The notes under the pieces: model-generated
What the model was told of the DNA's origin: nothing
Seen by the model: the letters and a program-made list of their open reading frames with translations, nothing else
Database searches by the model: none
Part shown: one piece after another, positions 1 to 13,189 of the stretch
How positions within the stretch are numbered: the first letter of the stretch is position 1
How the letters are laid out: every line of letters starts with the position of its first letter
Program-made: the position numbers and the translations under genes
Assembly (NCBI GenBank): GCA_030704615.1
Contig: CM060734.1
Coordinates: 48,174,001 to 48,238,000, forward strand
Reading direction: 5' to 3'
Origin: Takakia lepidozioides
Lineage: Eukaryota; Plantae; Bryophyta
Length of the DNA stretch: 64,000 nt

Positions 1-47
1 GCAAAATGCATTTGAAAATATCCATATGGAGGATTCCGTTTGCCCCA

Positions 48-3000
48 TCAATGATTTCTGGAATCCCTAAGGAGGAGTTTGTGCAGCTTGTTCACGCTCA
101 ACGCCGGTGCATGAATAAAGTCATCAATAGTCACGTTCATCCTCAACCTCTTCAGGTAAATGTAATACAGATGCTTGCACGGATAATACTTCGAACCCTT
201 CTTTGCTTCCATCAACGAGAAGTCCGTACAGTTGCAAGTCGGCTCCACTCCAATCGTAATTGTGTATACATCGTCGCGTACAGCCGAGCCGGCCGTTGCC
301 ATCCGATACACACGCCCAAGGCCGGGTGGGGGTACGTCCACGGAGCTCTGAATAGTGCAAGCCATCCCAAGAGCATTGGCAATCCGAGTCTCATTCAACT
401 TGTTGGGAGGGTGTCGTCTCTTCACTCTTCCGAATCGCATTGTGGGATGTGCAGAATTGTCCAATCCGTCTCTACTGGACCGAGCAGTCTGCAATGGCTG
501 GGTCTGAGGAACCGGAAATGCGTGGGCCGGGATGTCTGTGCGTTGCACCATTCGAAATCCTGCTGCAGATAGAGCATCCGTCTCATTCTGAGAGAGGCTG
601 CAACCCGGTGCAACAGGCCAGACGCCCGGAGGCTCCGGCATTCCCTGAATCCCGTACTTGGGCTTGCCAAATACACAGGTCATTATGTCGTGCCTACAGA
701 ACCAAAATGTCTGCGTTGTGGCGTGAGCAAATGTGGGAGTCAAAAATTTGCCGCTGAAACAAGGTGCAGGTACAGCACCGTGTGGGTTCCTCCGAATCAT
801 CTCACCACAGCGTGCTCTCGTATCCACCCGGATGGCGCAACACTTCCCTCGAAATGCCGGCAATGTCCTCGCAATTCTCCACTGTGACTCCGACACTCTT
901 GTCTCCACAATGGGAATGTTGTATTGCTTTACTACAGATGGCTCGTTATGTTGCCAGGGCACGCGCCATGTGCTCAAAGGAGATGGCGATCTTGAACGTG
1001 CAGGACTTCCGGTGCTCGACGAGACCTCCTCGGGCAACATCACCGGACCACGAGGGAGCGTGCGAATATTCTTGTCAGCTCGCCATGAATCCTCTTCTCC
1101 GCCAGGTGCCTCGTCAAGTCTTCGTCTCACTGGACGGGTATGAACATCTCCTTCCAAATGTTGGCCTCTTCGCAGCAATGGCGTGTCCCGAAGGCCCTCT
1201 CGCAAGGCCGCCGCCCACTTCCGAGGATTCTTCGATCTGGAGGCAGTCCGCATCAGCATTTCCTGCCTGTCCGGCCCCAAGCCCCACTGTTTCCCTTTCA
1301 AGAACTCGTTGTACCTGCATTGCTGCATAATTGACCTCACAATGTCCTCCGTTGTGGCAGTGAGGATGTCCACCAGATGCGCCGCAGAGGAGGCACGCCA
1401 GGAAGAGTGCACTGATTCGGCCATGTTTGTCGTGGGCATGTCGGTGTCGGAGTCGAGACACATTTCCTGCACAAGCACATGTTCAGGTTACAAGCAAATT
1501 ACAAATATGGCCAAGAATAATATCCAACGGGACGCGAATTCGTGCAACTCACCTCCCGCATATAGTCGCCGAACTGGAGGAAACGATAATGCCACCATGC
1601 TAGCCAACTGACCATTGCTCCTTCGTCTGATTTCCTTACAGCACCTGACGATGTCCACCAAGCCCGTATGCATGCAAACTGTGTCTCTGCATCATCCAAG
1701 GTGGGAGCGCGCTTCCACGCAAGGCACATGGAACGGTGCTCCTCTCTGAAATCTGGCGCCACGAGCCTGGTTGTGTACTGCGAAAGGCTCTGCAGAAAAT
1801 GGAACCCACAAGATCTCTCCTTGCCTTCCATGGGAACGTTGGGGTCTTGCCCGTACACCCTTCGGATGGCAGCCCAATTTGCTTGTGCGTTGTCCGCCAT
1901 GAAACCACGGAAATTGGGAGGGGGCAATCCCGCCTTGGCCATCTGTTCGTTTATTCCCTGCCAAAGAAGCATCTCCGATTGTGTGTCCTCTCCTTTCATC
2001 TCACAAATAGCAATTGTCATTAGCATCCTGCAGTGGGTGTCGTAGACATGTGCACTTGTAATTCGCTTGATATGGTCGAACATGACCCAACTGTTTGACA
2101 AGTTCCCACTCGTCATCCTGTCGACCAGTTCGACGCCACTGCCAGGTCCACACGTGGACATTTTGAATACGAAACAACGATCTGCCTCAGTCCCTTGTCC
2201 TGGAAACCTACTTCCATGAATGTAGTCATATCCACATCGTCGCTTCACCTCCAAAATAAAGTGCATATCCGAGCCACACCCAATTTTCTGTTTGCATGAA
2301 ACAATGTGGTTTCGGACATTCGGTGAACATACGTGGGACACCGACTCCAGCAATGCCTCCATTTCCTTCTCGTCGAGAGGAACTCTATCGGAGCCGTCTT
2401 CCGACATAATTCTGGCCAATGCCATCTTATGGGCGGCTTGGAGCTGTATCTGTTTGGGTTTGGCACTCGGTCTCAACTTAACCTCCTCCTGAACGAGCTG
2501 CTCTGCTTCGTGGGCAGCCTCCCGCGAGTTCCCCCTCGCCAATTTGTGACAATGGGAACCAACGTGTATGCAAGCTCGGGTGAGGTCAGGAAAACGGTGC
2601 AACACATAGAACTGCTTGGCATTACAAACAGACATGCAGTGTGGTGGTTCTTTGCAATGCGCACACTTAAATGTGGAGTTCGGAACCTTCTCCTCAGCTC
2701 GAAATGGTTGGTGAGCTGTGCCTGTCCAATCGGTCTCGTTCCTGTGACCTCTGGATTTAAAGTGGAAGCAAGTTGGGGAGAAACACCGCAACGCGCCCGC
2801 ACAAACAACATAGCGCACCCGCACACCATCAAGCATTTTCATGCTGGTGGTTTTGGTAACGCACCAAGGATGACCGTCATGTTTTCTATCCATATCTGTC
2901 AACATTCCGGACGCCCTCGAGTAGTCCGCCCGAGGAGGGAACTCAAAGAAGATATTACCGTCGACGTCGGCGGGAAGGCATGTAACCGATTTAATTGCGA

Positions 3001-3188
3001 ACTTGCTGTAGTCCAGCCCGGCCAGCTCCGACCGGTGTCCTTCCAGGTGAAGCCCTCGCAGAATTTCAAGAATAGATCGAACTGCGGTGCTCGTGCTGGG
3101 AATATGACTCCCTCCTCCACTGACGTCCATTGAGGACTTGCCTGATCTCCAGGACGACCTCGGAACTTCCATGACCTCGTCTGAGTCA
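48..3188 (-). pseudogene. MULE-like transposase, family A, 5'-truncated copy (GCM-type Zn finger, DDE core, Cys-rich domain, C-terminal SWIM); intron 1467-1552
   Basis: ORFs 1499-3172 and 48-1478 join through a GT..AG intron (GAG|gtgagt...gtgcag|GAA). Motifs: HDGHPWC..C..C..C..CAHC..C..HxGxHxH; WVMFD, GFMAD, CGFH, TTNMAES (MULE D-D-CxxH-E); CNC..CKH (SWIM). Near-identical to 39.67-41.96 kb, with homology stopping at ~3188. A 21-nt deletion follows HIKRIT. Confidence 0.85.
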
Positions 3189-3199
3189 AACAGCTGAGG

Positions 3200-3550
3200 G
3201 GCTCAAGCAGATGCTAATCAAGAGCCATGTGCCTGATTCTATGAACTGTGCCGCTGCAGCTACTGCCTTTAGTTGGCCATCTACCCATGCAGGTTTATTG
3301 TAGCTATTGATCCACATGGAATCATAGGTCATCTGGAGCTTGAAGTCCGTCCTTCTTGGATGAATCTGTCCACCCACACACTATCCCTGCTCCTTCAGCT
3401 ATCCATGCCTCTGCACAAATCATACATACATCCTTGCATTGCTGCTATCAGCTGACAATGACAGCCTAGATCTGCTGCCTTTAGTTGACCATCTACCCAT
3501 GCAGGTTTCTTGTACCTATCCTTCCACAGGGAATCATAGGTAATCTGCCG
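3200..3550 (-). pseudogene. N-terminal leader fragment of a PPR gene, with its motif present twice
   Basis: FKLQMTYDSMWINSYNKPAWVDGQLKA and a second copy QITYDSLWKDRYKKPAWVDGQLKA match the leader FKLQITYGSLWKDSYRKPPWVDGQLEA of the PPR pseudogene at 29240. Confidence 0.6.
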
Positions 3551-3751
3551 TCATATACCCATCACAGGTCCAATCCAAACAACAGCCCTAACAACCACTT
3601 TTGGCAAGACCAGACATTTCAAAGACTGCGCTACATAATAAACTTACACATATACCACTGTCGTGCGCATACGTATCGCTACACAACTACATCGCTGTCC
3701 AAACTACACCACACATATATGCACAATAAAGTAGTCTGCCACAATAGTGAT

Positions 3752-4189
3752 TGAAAGAACTAACCTCACATGTCTGATAACAAAGAAACACAAAACACAA
3801 CACAATCACTCGTTAAACTAAGAGTCGAGCCAGGGGCACCCCAAGCTATGGGGACTCCACCCCACAACGTCATATTCTCCCTTCATAAACACACTCAGAT
3901 TCTAAGCAGTGAAGGAGCTCGGTCGTGCAGGCTCAACTCGAGAGAGATGAGCCGCACGACTGACGCTCTCGTGAAGATAAGATGGTTCATGTGTCAAGCT
4001 AAACTTGATACCTGACTTAATACTTGAACTAAATCCAAGTGTTAAATACAAATAACTAGATTTATTCTAGTTAGTTTCACACTGTGTTTATTTAACTTGA
4101 CAGCTGTCGTGCGCATACGTATCGCTACACAACTACATCGCTGTCCAAACTACATCGCACATATATGCACAATAAAGTAGTCTTCCACA
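3752..4189 (-). repeat. Putative 3' LTR of gypsy copy 1; its first 86 bp recur at 3658-3743
   Basis: On the minus strand a polypurine-tract-like AGGGGGCGAT (~4190-4200) is followed by TGTGGAAGAC. The end at ...TTCTTTCA (3752) is tentative. 4104-4189 is nearly identical to 3658-3743. Confidence 0.6.
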
Positions 4190-4449
4190 ATCGCCCCCCT
4201 AGCTGGTGGATAGGTCCTTCTAACTCCAGATAGCTACAAGATGTAATAGCCACAGCCGTACTAAGTCTTCTATCACTGTCCCTATTGTACTCAAACTCTA
4301 TAGACCAAGAGGCCGGGTACAAGAGTAGCCCCATCGTTAGTCGCCGTCTTGCAATCTGTGAACTTGAGCCAGGATCTCGTGTGTTCAAGGTCTCCTAGTA
4401 GCTTGGCCTTGCATTTCTTGTTAGCCTCCCATGGTTGTATCCACTCCCA

Positions 4450-4941
4450 CTATCCAATGCAATGCGGACATAACCAATCCCCATCAGGAACCATCTCAAG
4501 AGGTGGAGTCAAGCATCCCATATGCCAACCTCTAGAGCATCGATCACACACCAGCATGGTGGCTGCCCCTCTAGCAAACCCACACAACATACACCTCAAA
4601 CTTGCAGGTACCACTGCCAGGTTTGGGTCAATCCTGCCATCGATATTCGGAAGGTGACATGGCGTGCAATTACGCACATGGTCCTTCCAAGTTATGCCAT
4701 CCCGACCCTCCAAGATCAAGACGCCTGAGGGCAATACCTCTCGAACCCTCAAAATAACACGTCCTGTAGTCACATCCAAGGTCGTAGGAGCAGTCTGCTG
4801 TAGATAAACATAGTCACCAGGGTTAAATCTCCGAATCCCATGACGATAGCCCCCACCACGTATGGTAGCATACCTCAACGTATCACGATGTTGTGCAATG
4901 GCAAGGTTCTCGAAAGCCATGGGCATGACTTTCTTGAACAA
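4450..4941 (-). CDS. Integrase C-terminal region with a C4HC3 PHD finger
   Basis: LRCMLCGFARGAATMLVCDRCSRGWHMGCLTPPLEMVPDGDWLCPHCIG at the end of pol. Confidence 0.9.
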   Translation of the reverse strand: MFKKVMPMAFENLAIAQHRDTLRYATIRGGGYRHGIRRFNPGDYVYLQQTAPTTLDVTTGRVILRVREVLPSGVLILEGRDGITWKDHVRNCTPCHLPNIDGRIDPNLAVVPASLRCMLCGFARGAATMLVCDRCSRGWHMGCLTPPLEMVPDGDWLCPHCIG

Positions 4942-7900
4942 TCTGCACGCTGATCACATGCACATGCCCACACGTCCGGATCGTCAAGGTTAAGAACTGT
5001 AGCAGCTTTTCTACGAATGGATGTAGACAAATCCGGCTCTCGGCCAAAGAGAATAAAGTATGGTGAGAAAGAGGCAAGTGATGCTTGCTTGTTGAACTTG
5101 TAGCCCATGGCTAACCAGGGTAACTGAAGGTCCAATCTCCTAGGTGTCCCTTCTGCAAGCCATACTTGCGCAAACCCCTCTTTACTGTCTGAACAACCCT
5201 CTCTGCCAAGCCATCGGCCTCAGGATGATCCCGAGAAGTGGTGCGGTGGTCTACCAAGGCCTGGTCACACAAAGCCTGAAACTCCCCCAAGAACTATCTC
5301 CCTTGGTCCGTGAGTACCTTAGCTGGAGCACCGAATCGGCTAAGTACACAATCCAAGAATGCATATGCAGCTTCCTCACTAGCCTTATCAGGCAATGGAA
5401 CCAACTCCATCCACTTGGAGAAGTGCTCCACCATCACCAACACGTACTTGTTGTGGCGCATGGTCAGTGGCAACGGCCCTGCGAAGTCAAGACTCCACCT
5501 GTAGCCCAATCCCATGATCGGAAGAGGGTGCAATTGTGGAGTAGGGGCGTTGAATGAAGCACGCACCCTGTCACACTCCATGCACCTAGCCACAAATTGT
5601 TGCACCTCTGTGTGCATACCACGCCACCAATACTGCCCCTGCAGTAGACTATGAGTGCGTCGCACCCCAAAATGCCCCAACTCCTCATGGGCATGCCGCA
5701 CTAACCGTGCCCGCTGTGTTGGGTGAGGCACAATCCTCACTCGACCATCCTCCCACACTCGGAGCAGGTGTGTCCCCTCCCACTTGAACCTCTTGGCTCG
5801 TTGTAGGATCCGATCCCTCTCCTTAGCAGTCACAGTGGCTGCCGTGTCTCTTGTGCGGAGGTAGTCCAACACAGCTGAATCCTCACGTATATCTTTGGCG
5901 CCACCTTGCTCATTGCTGGCCTCAGGGTCCTCAGACACTTGATCTACAGTCATCCCTGTTGCAGGTCCAACCTGGCCTTCCGCTGCCAAGATACACAGAA
6001 ATGCAGATGCATGCCATCCGGGCACCATCTCCTCGTCCGTCTCACCATGCCACCGAGTTCCAGTGTCATCCTGCTAGCTCGTGCATGGATTGCGACTCAA
6101 CCCATCTGCATCCCGATTGACCAAACCCGGTCGATGCACAACCTGAAAGTCATACTCTTGAAAGATAAGTGCCCACCGTGCAAGCTTCCCCGTAAGCTTG
6201 TCTGACTCCATCAACCACTTGAGTGGTTGGTGATCCGTGACAAGGGTGAAGAGATTGCCGAATAGATAGCACCTGAAGTGTGCCACGGCCCACACTGCAG
6301 CTAAGCATTCTCCCTCATATGAGCTATACTTAGACTCTGCAGCGTTGTTCGAGCAGCTAGCATAAGCCACTATGAACTTTCTTCCCTCATCATCCACCTG
6401 TGTGAGCACCGCTCCAAGCCCCAGCATGCTCCAATGTGTATGCAGCTGAAAAAGACGCCCCCTGATAGGTCGTCTCAAGATGGGCGCCGAGGTCAACCTC
6501 GCCTTGAGCTCTTGAAAAGCTTGTTCTTGCTCATCTTCCCACTGCCACTCCTGGTCCACCTTGGTCAGTTTGGTTAGAGCCTTTGCAATGGCACTAAATC
6601 CCTTAACAAACCATCTATAATAGTTTGCTAACCCCATGAAAGCTCAAACTCGGCTCACATCCGTGGGGCGTGGAATCTGTGCAATGGACTCTACCTTAGT
6701 CTGTTGTACCCCCAATCCTCCAGGATATATCATGTGACCCAGATACTCAATTTGGTTGTGGAAAAACTTGCACTTCCCCGGATGCAACTTCAATCCGTAC
6801 GCCCTCGAGCGCTCAAATACCACCTGAAGATGTCTCTCATGCTCCTCCAAAGTAGTACTAAAGATGATGATGTCATCTATGTAGCACCGAGCAAACTCCA
6901 CCCCTGCTAGAATCCTGTCCATGACTCTCTGAAACTCTGCAGGAGCGTTCTTAAGCCCAAATGGTAAGAACCGCCACTGGTATAGGCAATCCTTCCCGTG
7001 CTCATTGATCCCCCAGAATGTCGTCTTCTGCTTATCCGCCTCCTTGATCGGCAACTGGTGATATCCGGATCGTAAATCCAAAGTGCTAAAGACCTTGGCA
7101 TGCCCAATGGCATCAAAGATCTCCTCTGGTGTCGGCATGGCATACCTATCGGACTTGGTCTGATGATTTACAGGCCGGTAATCACCGCTCATACGTCTCT
7201 CCGTCCAATTGCCATAGACATCCTTCTTGGCTGGCATCACTGTGGCTGAAGCATACTCTCCCCCAGATAGCTCCACCAAACCAGCCTCCCAAAGGTCTTG
7301 AGTTCTCATCTGAATCAAGGACCTCTCCATGTCACTGTATCTATAGGGTCTCCGAAAGATTGGCGTGTCAGTAGCCAATTCAATGCGAATTTCTTGACCC
7401 TTCAGTGCTCCTAAGTCCTTCAAACTGAAGGCAAAGCAGTTCATGTAAGCCCTCAAGAACCACTGTATACGTCGTCTTTCTCCTCCGGTGACTATAGGTC
7501 CAACATCAGGCTCCTCCGTGACTCCAACCTTGAGTCCAACAGGCTTAGAGATAGAAGACGCGTCCCGTGGTTGCTATGCTGCAACCTCTTGAGCAGTGAC
7601 CACTGCCTCCTCTGTCAGTGACAATGTCTCATTCTGCCCCATCATCCCATCCTTGAGGACCTCCTCAACCCGAGAAAAATCCCCAACCTCATCCATCACC
7701 GCCGCCTTGGCTGCCAACTCTTTCTGAACCTTGAGCACCTCCCCCGTGTGCCATGGATGCGGCCTGCACCTCGTGGTCCTCACTTGTTCGCCCCCACTCG
7801 CTGTCTGTACCGTCTCGGTAGGCAGGGAGATCATCAAGGGAAGTGTACTCCGTACTCTGCGCTGCTCAGCCATAGCCAAGCTGAGAATCTAGGTCAAGCA

Positions 7901-8394
7901 ATTGAGATCCATTGCTTGCCCCAACACTTGACGACGTGATGCCTTAGAAAGAGATGACACCACCGTGGTACCAGTGGTAAAACCCATCGCCTGCTTGCGC
8001 TCGACAGCATTGGGCTCTACTAATTGCTGCAACTGGCTATCCCACAAGAGGCCAGGTCCACCATCCCAAAAAGCATGGGATCCTGGAAAGATGAGTAGTA
8101 TAGGCAATGCGGCTCGTGGGTGACTCACCTTATTGACCACTACCAAAGGTGACCGGTCATCATGTCTCACACGCTGAGACTGTCTCCATATGTCCAAAAT
8201 GTTATCCACCGTCAGGTGTGGTGGCCGCTGCACCCCATCAAATGCATGCTTGAGCAGTGCAGGTGGCATCAAGTTCGTCCACCATAGTCGTGGGCGATGA
8301 GCCCGTGACCCCACTGCAGCTGCGTCCAGCAACACTGCTAATCCAAGCCAAGACTGCACTTGATGTACACTAGCCATCACCCAACGACGCAATG

Positions 8395-8540
8395 CCGTGA
8401 GCGCGCGAGCGTACGCTCACGCCAACTGACGTGGCGTGAGCCTGCACGCACGCTGACGTGGCGTGAGCGTCATGTCAGCATGCTGATGTGGCGGTAAATG
8501 ATGATGTGGCACTGTCCGTCATCTGCCACGTCAGCATTAA
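8395..8540. promoter_or_regulatory. Cluster of TGAYGTGGC (G-box/ABRE-like) motifs, probably the sub-terminal region of element C
   Basis: CTGACGTGGC twice, CTGATGTGGC, ATGATGTGGC and inverted GCCACGTCAG within ~110 bp, downstream of the element C transposase. Confidence 0.45.
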
Positions 8541-8987
8541 CATGCGCCGCCTATAACCGTGGATGGTCCTATGACCATGGAATTAATGCAGGGAATCTTG
8601 CCTACATAGAATCAAGACGGGCGTAGAGGCCTACAATTGCAGCATCCAACATTGTGCAATTACAAATGCTTGTTTCACTTTTACAATTACGAGGACAAAA
8701 AAATATCCTCACAAAGTGTGCGCCATAAAGGCTGCCACGGGAAGACCTTCCTCCCTCCTCAAATAACAATGAGAGTTAGGATCATCTTCAAAAGATGATT
8801 GTAGTGCATAGCGCCAGCAAGACATGTAGACTTCGAACGGTGCAATGACAAATGTGCACTACCTAAAAGTTGTCACTCAGAGCTCACTCCGTATAGTTGG
8901 AGGCCATATCATTGCACCGCCGACGAATTGATGTGAATTATACATTTCAAATCATGGTCGTCCACATACCACATTGCATAGTTGATG

Positions 8988-11900
8988 CTACCCATGTGTT
9001 GTATCCCTCTGCAAAAGAGTATCGACCTCGTTGAAACTCATAGTGGCCTGGTGAATGAAGTTGTCATGTTTGGGATCGCAAACCATCCTCTTCAAAAATA
9101 TGAAATACAAATGTTTGCAGGGTATGAATTTACCTCTCTTGCCCAAACTGGTTGATAGCATATTCACAAAATCAGGACATGTGCAATTGGGGAAATTGGA
9201 AACCGTGATGTCGTAGGTCCTGTCATGAACAGCAGATGTGGAAGTGATGACTGTGAATACCCGACCATATCCTGGATGGGGTACTTCCGTGGTGCTTCCA
9301 ACACGAGCTTGGAGCATTCTTGCGGACTCCACTTTGCCAAAGTGTTCAGCGGTTGGAGGGAAACGCCGAACGAGCTTTCCATCTCGTTTGGTTGGCCACA
9401 AGTCAGGATTTGCCGGGGGGACCCGGGAGGACGCAGAAGTAGTAGCACATGCATGGAGTTGGGGTTGTCTCGCAAGGGAAAAACCTGCCTCCTCCAGCAT
9501 TTCAATCTCCTGAAAGCTGAGATGTGTTCCCACCTTCACGGGCCAAACGGTTGGAGGAGATGGCTTCATCACTACGGAAGGACGCATAGTTCCATGCACA
9601 CATCTGGCACAATCATCTGCGCAGAACCAGAACTTGTGGTTCTTGGCTTCTGGTTGACCGTATGGACGCATCAAGCCTGTGAAAGTCGGAGCAGGAGTTC
9701 GGGCACCACCTCTAGATATAGATGAAGTGCACTTCTCGAAATTAGTTGCCCTGATCGCTGTACATTTCACACGAGACCCTACACTTGTGCGTTCTATGTG
9801 CCAAACGTGGTCGGGGCATGCGGACTCAAGCACATCAAGGGGTTGTTTCTCTCCTGCACCATTTTAGTGGCACTGTTTGATGCTGGAGCTTGCCGTCGTG
9901 TTGGAGGTTCCTCCACAATGGAGGTTCCGGACATGGAGCTGTCATGCAGGGGAACACGAGGCTTCGAGAAGTTATCACGGTCTGCCCTGTGGGAATCTGA
10001 ATCCGAACCAGGTGGAGTGTTCAATTTCCTCTTACAGGAGCCGAATCTCTCCTCCCCTTCAAGATGTGGAACTCTAGAAACAAGTGGCATTCCCTGGGCA
10101 TACATGCTCACCGCCCGTGCTATCTTGATTGGATCCCCAGATCTGTTTGCAGCACGCAACATCAACTCCCATTTGTCCGGACCCTTGCCACCAACCCCAC
10201 CTCGTAAGAAATCACGGTATCGGGTTTGTTGTTGCAAGGCACGTATCAAATCATTTGTTGTTGCCACATACAAATCCCGACCTCGTTTCCCATACTGCTG
10301 CAACCATGCGTTGTGCACAGTTTCTGCCAAATTGCAAGATGGCATGTCCGCCATTTCCTCAATGGACATGTTCTGCAAAGTGCAGAACCACACTTCAAAA
10401 CAGTGAACAGAAAACAACATAAAGAAAGCGAGGACACAATAAAATGGAAAGTAAATGTATGAATAAAGCAAGAAATATAAGCCTCGTACCACTGCCATGG
10501 CTGCTCCCCACTGTCTATACCGGAAGTGCCAAAACGCCAGCCAATCTTCCAATGCTCTCATACTCTCAAGTGATGCAGCTCCAGAAGATAACCACCAGGC
10601 ACGAATTGTCTGGAACAAAGTGTCCGCCTCCTTCATTGTTCTAGCATCTTTGTACTCTTTGCACAATTTACGGTGCTGAGTCTGCATCTCTGGTTTGATG
10701 TCCGACTTTGTATGTTTTTCCAGAGATTGTATCCAATGGAATAGACATGTACGCTCTCTTCCTCGCATTGGCACTTTTGGGTCGCCCGATCCGAAGACAA
10801 TACGAACAGCATTGAAATTTGCTTGAGCACTATCCGCCATGAAACCTGCGAAATTTGGAGATGGCAGCCCATGACACGTATCAGGGAATTCCACATGAGC
10901 TTCTGGGATTCCGTATCCTCGGATTGCATGTCACAAACTGCAATTGTCATAACTCGTTGGTACACTGGATCGTAGACATGACAAGCCATTGTCGTCCAAT
11001 CCTTCACTCGTTTCACATGATCAAACATAAGAAAACAGTTCTGCAAGTCCCCAGTCTTCTGCATCCGCTTCACGAGGCTAACCCCACTGCCCTCCCCAAC
11101 AGTCGACATTTTGAAAAGAAAAACTTTGATGGCACCTTGACCTGGGAATACATTGTCCTGGATGTAATCGTACTTGCTCACTCGTTTCAATTCCAAAATA
11201 TTGTCTATGTAGCCTCTAATCCCAGAGCCCATTCTCAATGCATTGATCTGATGCCGAATGTTCAGTGAACTTAAAGTGGAGAAATGATCCATGACCAGGT
11301 CCAATGTTGCACCGTCAAGTTTAGTCCCCACAGAATCCTCTTCACTCAAAATATGGCTTTCCAAGAAGGACTTGCTTGCGCCAAGAGCAATTGCAGATGT
11401 TGTTGCGGATGGGTTTCTCCCGAACTCCTGTTTAATCAACCTCGATACTGTCTCAACACTCTCCCTGTAATCCCCCTTCGAGACAGGATGGTTATGGAAT
11501 CCGAAATACACACAAGCTCTTGTCATTGTATAACTGGAGCATATATACCGTCCAAAAATCTGGCTCTAACCGGGTGGACAACATAGTACATTCTTGCTCT
11601 GCAGAGCGCCAAGCAGGATGGCACAAGTTTGCAGAATTTGCAGACGAAAGTGTTTGCCGGTGGAGGGGCAGACCCAGGCTGAAATGGATTTTCCGCCAGA
11701 CCCTCCCATTCGCTTTGATTATGAACCCCAAAGTAAAGAAAGTGTCTGCAATTCAAATTATCACACCTAAGGTGTCCATTGCAAACTGTCCTCCTGAAAA
11801 CAAGCTTGTCATCATTCTGAATATTGGATGTTTTTGTTCTGCACCACGGGTGCCCGTCGTGTTTCTTGTCCATTCCATGCATCATGATTGTTACACCTCC

Positions 11901-12281
11901 AACTCGTGGAGGAGGAGGCAGCTCGAATAGGATATCGCCATCAAAAATCTCCGGCAAGAACTTCACAGGCACCTGCTTCAAAGATTTCCAATCAATTCCC
12001 CGCAACTCACTTTTGAATCCAGCCATTCCTCCCATCGCCCGCAATTTTGGAATGACACTACAAATCTCTTCTTCATCAGCTTCTCCAACCATAGTATGAA
12101 GGACTGGATTTGGAATTTCACTTATGTCATCATCGGAAGAATCCGAAAGCTCAACGATTGGAGTGGAGGACGTCTGTTCTTTTTTCACCACGACCTCCCT
12201 CTTGTCTTCAACGACCAAAGCAGCAGTCCCGGGCGTCACATATGACCCAAGGGACTTTCGCCGAGGCTCTCCAAGTACTCT
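8988..12281 (-). pseudogene. MULE-like transposase, divergent family C (GCM-DDE-Cys-rich-SWIM), frameshifted; intron 10373-10489
   Basis: HDGHPWCRTKT..C..C..C..CKFC; LMFDH, GFMADS, CLFH, SCNLAET; CTC..CKH. The intron sits at the same position as in family A. The 5' part runs into the N gap. Confidence 0.85.
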
Positions 12282-12781
12282 NNNNNNNNNNNNNNNNNNN
12301 NNNNNNNNNNNNNNNNNNNNNNNNNNNNNNNNNNNNNNNNNNNNNNNNNNNNNNNNNNNNNNNNNNNNNNNNNNNNNNNNNNNNNNNNNNNNNNNNNNNN
12401 NNNNNNNNNNNNNNNNNNNNNNNNNNNNNNNNNNNNNNNNNNNNNNNNNNNNNNNNNNNNNNNNNNNNNNNNNNNNNNNNNNNNNNNNNNNNNNNNNNNN
12501 NNNNNNNNNNNNNNNNNNNNNNNNNNNNNNNNNNNNNNNNNNNNNNNNNNNNNNNNNNNNNNNNNNNNNNNNNNNNNNNNNNNNNNNNNNNNNNNNNNNN
12601 NNNNNNNNNNNNNNNNNNNNNNNNNNNNNNNNNNNNNNNNNNNNNNNNNNNNNNNNNNNNNNNNNNNNNNNNNNNNNNNNNNNNNNNNNNNNNNNNNNNN
12701 NNNNNNNNNNNNNNNNNNNNNNNNNNNNNNNNNNNNNNNNNNNNNNNNNNNNNNNNNNNNNNNNNNNNNNNNNNNNNNNNN
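12282..12781. other. Assembly gap (500 N)
   Basis: Run of N. Confidence 1.
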
Positions 12782-13187
12782 TTAGCCTTCTATGGTTGTA
12801 TCCACTCCCATTATCCAATGCAATGTGGACATAACCAATCCCCATCCGGAACCATCTCAAGAGGTGGAGTCAAGCATCCCATATGCCAACCTCTAGAGCA
12901 TCGATCACACACCAGCATGGTGGCTGCCCCTTTAGCAGACCCACACAACATGCACCTCAAACCTGCAGATACCACTGCCAGGTTTGGGTCAATCCTGCCA
13001 TCGACATTCGGAAGGTGACATGGCGCACAATTACGCACATGGTCCTTCCAAGTTATGCCATCCCGACCCTCCAAGACCAAGACGCCTGAGGGCAAGACCT
13101 CTCGAACCCTCAAAATAACAGGTCCTGCAGTCACATCCAGGGTCGTAGGAGTCTGCTGCAGATAGACATAGTCACCAGGGTTGAATC
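12782..13187 (-). mobile_element. Gypsy fragment (integrase C-terminus and PHD), joined directly to oppositely oriented copy 2
   Basis: Near-identical to 4420-4830. Confidence 0.85.
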
Positions 13188-13189
13188 TG

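Larger units (their letters stand above)
3752..8382 (-). mobile_element. Ty3/gypsy LTR retrotransposon copy 1 (5'-truncated): partial C5-DNA methyltransferase, RT, RNase H, integrase, PHD finger
   Basis: RT (DLRSGYHQ, LPFGLKNAP, YIDD), RNase H (GLGAVL, YSSYEGE, TDHQPL, DADGLSR), integrase (HEELGH..C..C, SLDFAGP, LTDQG), PHD CMLC..CDRC..H..C..WLCPHC. Gypsy domain order; several stops and frameshifts. Confidence 0.93.

Noticed and set aside
2333-3133. Antisense ORFs over transposase, pol and cargo genes (e.g. 2333-3133, 39725-40525, 46513-47562)
   Set aside because: Shadow frames of real coding sequence with no motifs of their own.
11523-13018. Long ORFs spanning the N run
   Set aside because: Artefacts of the assembly gap.
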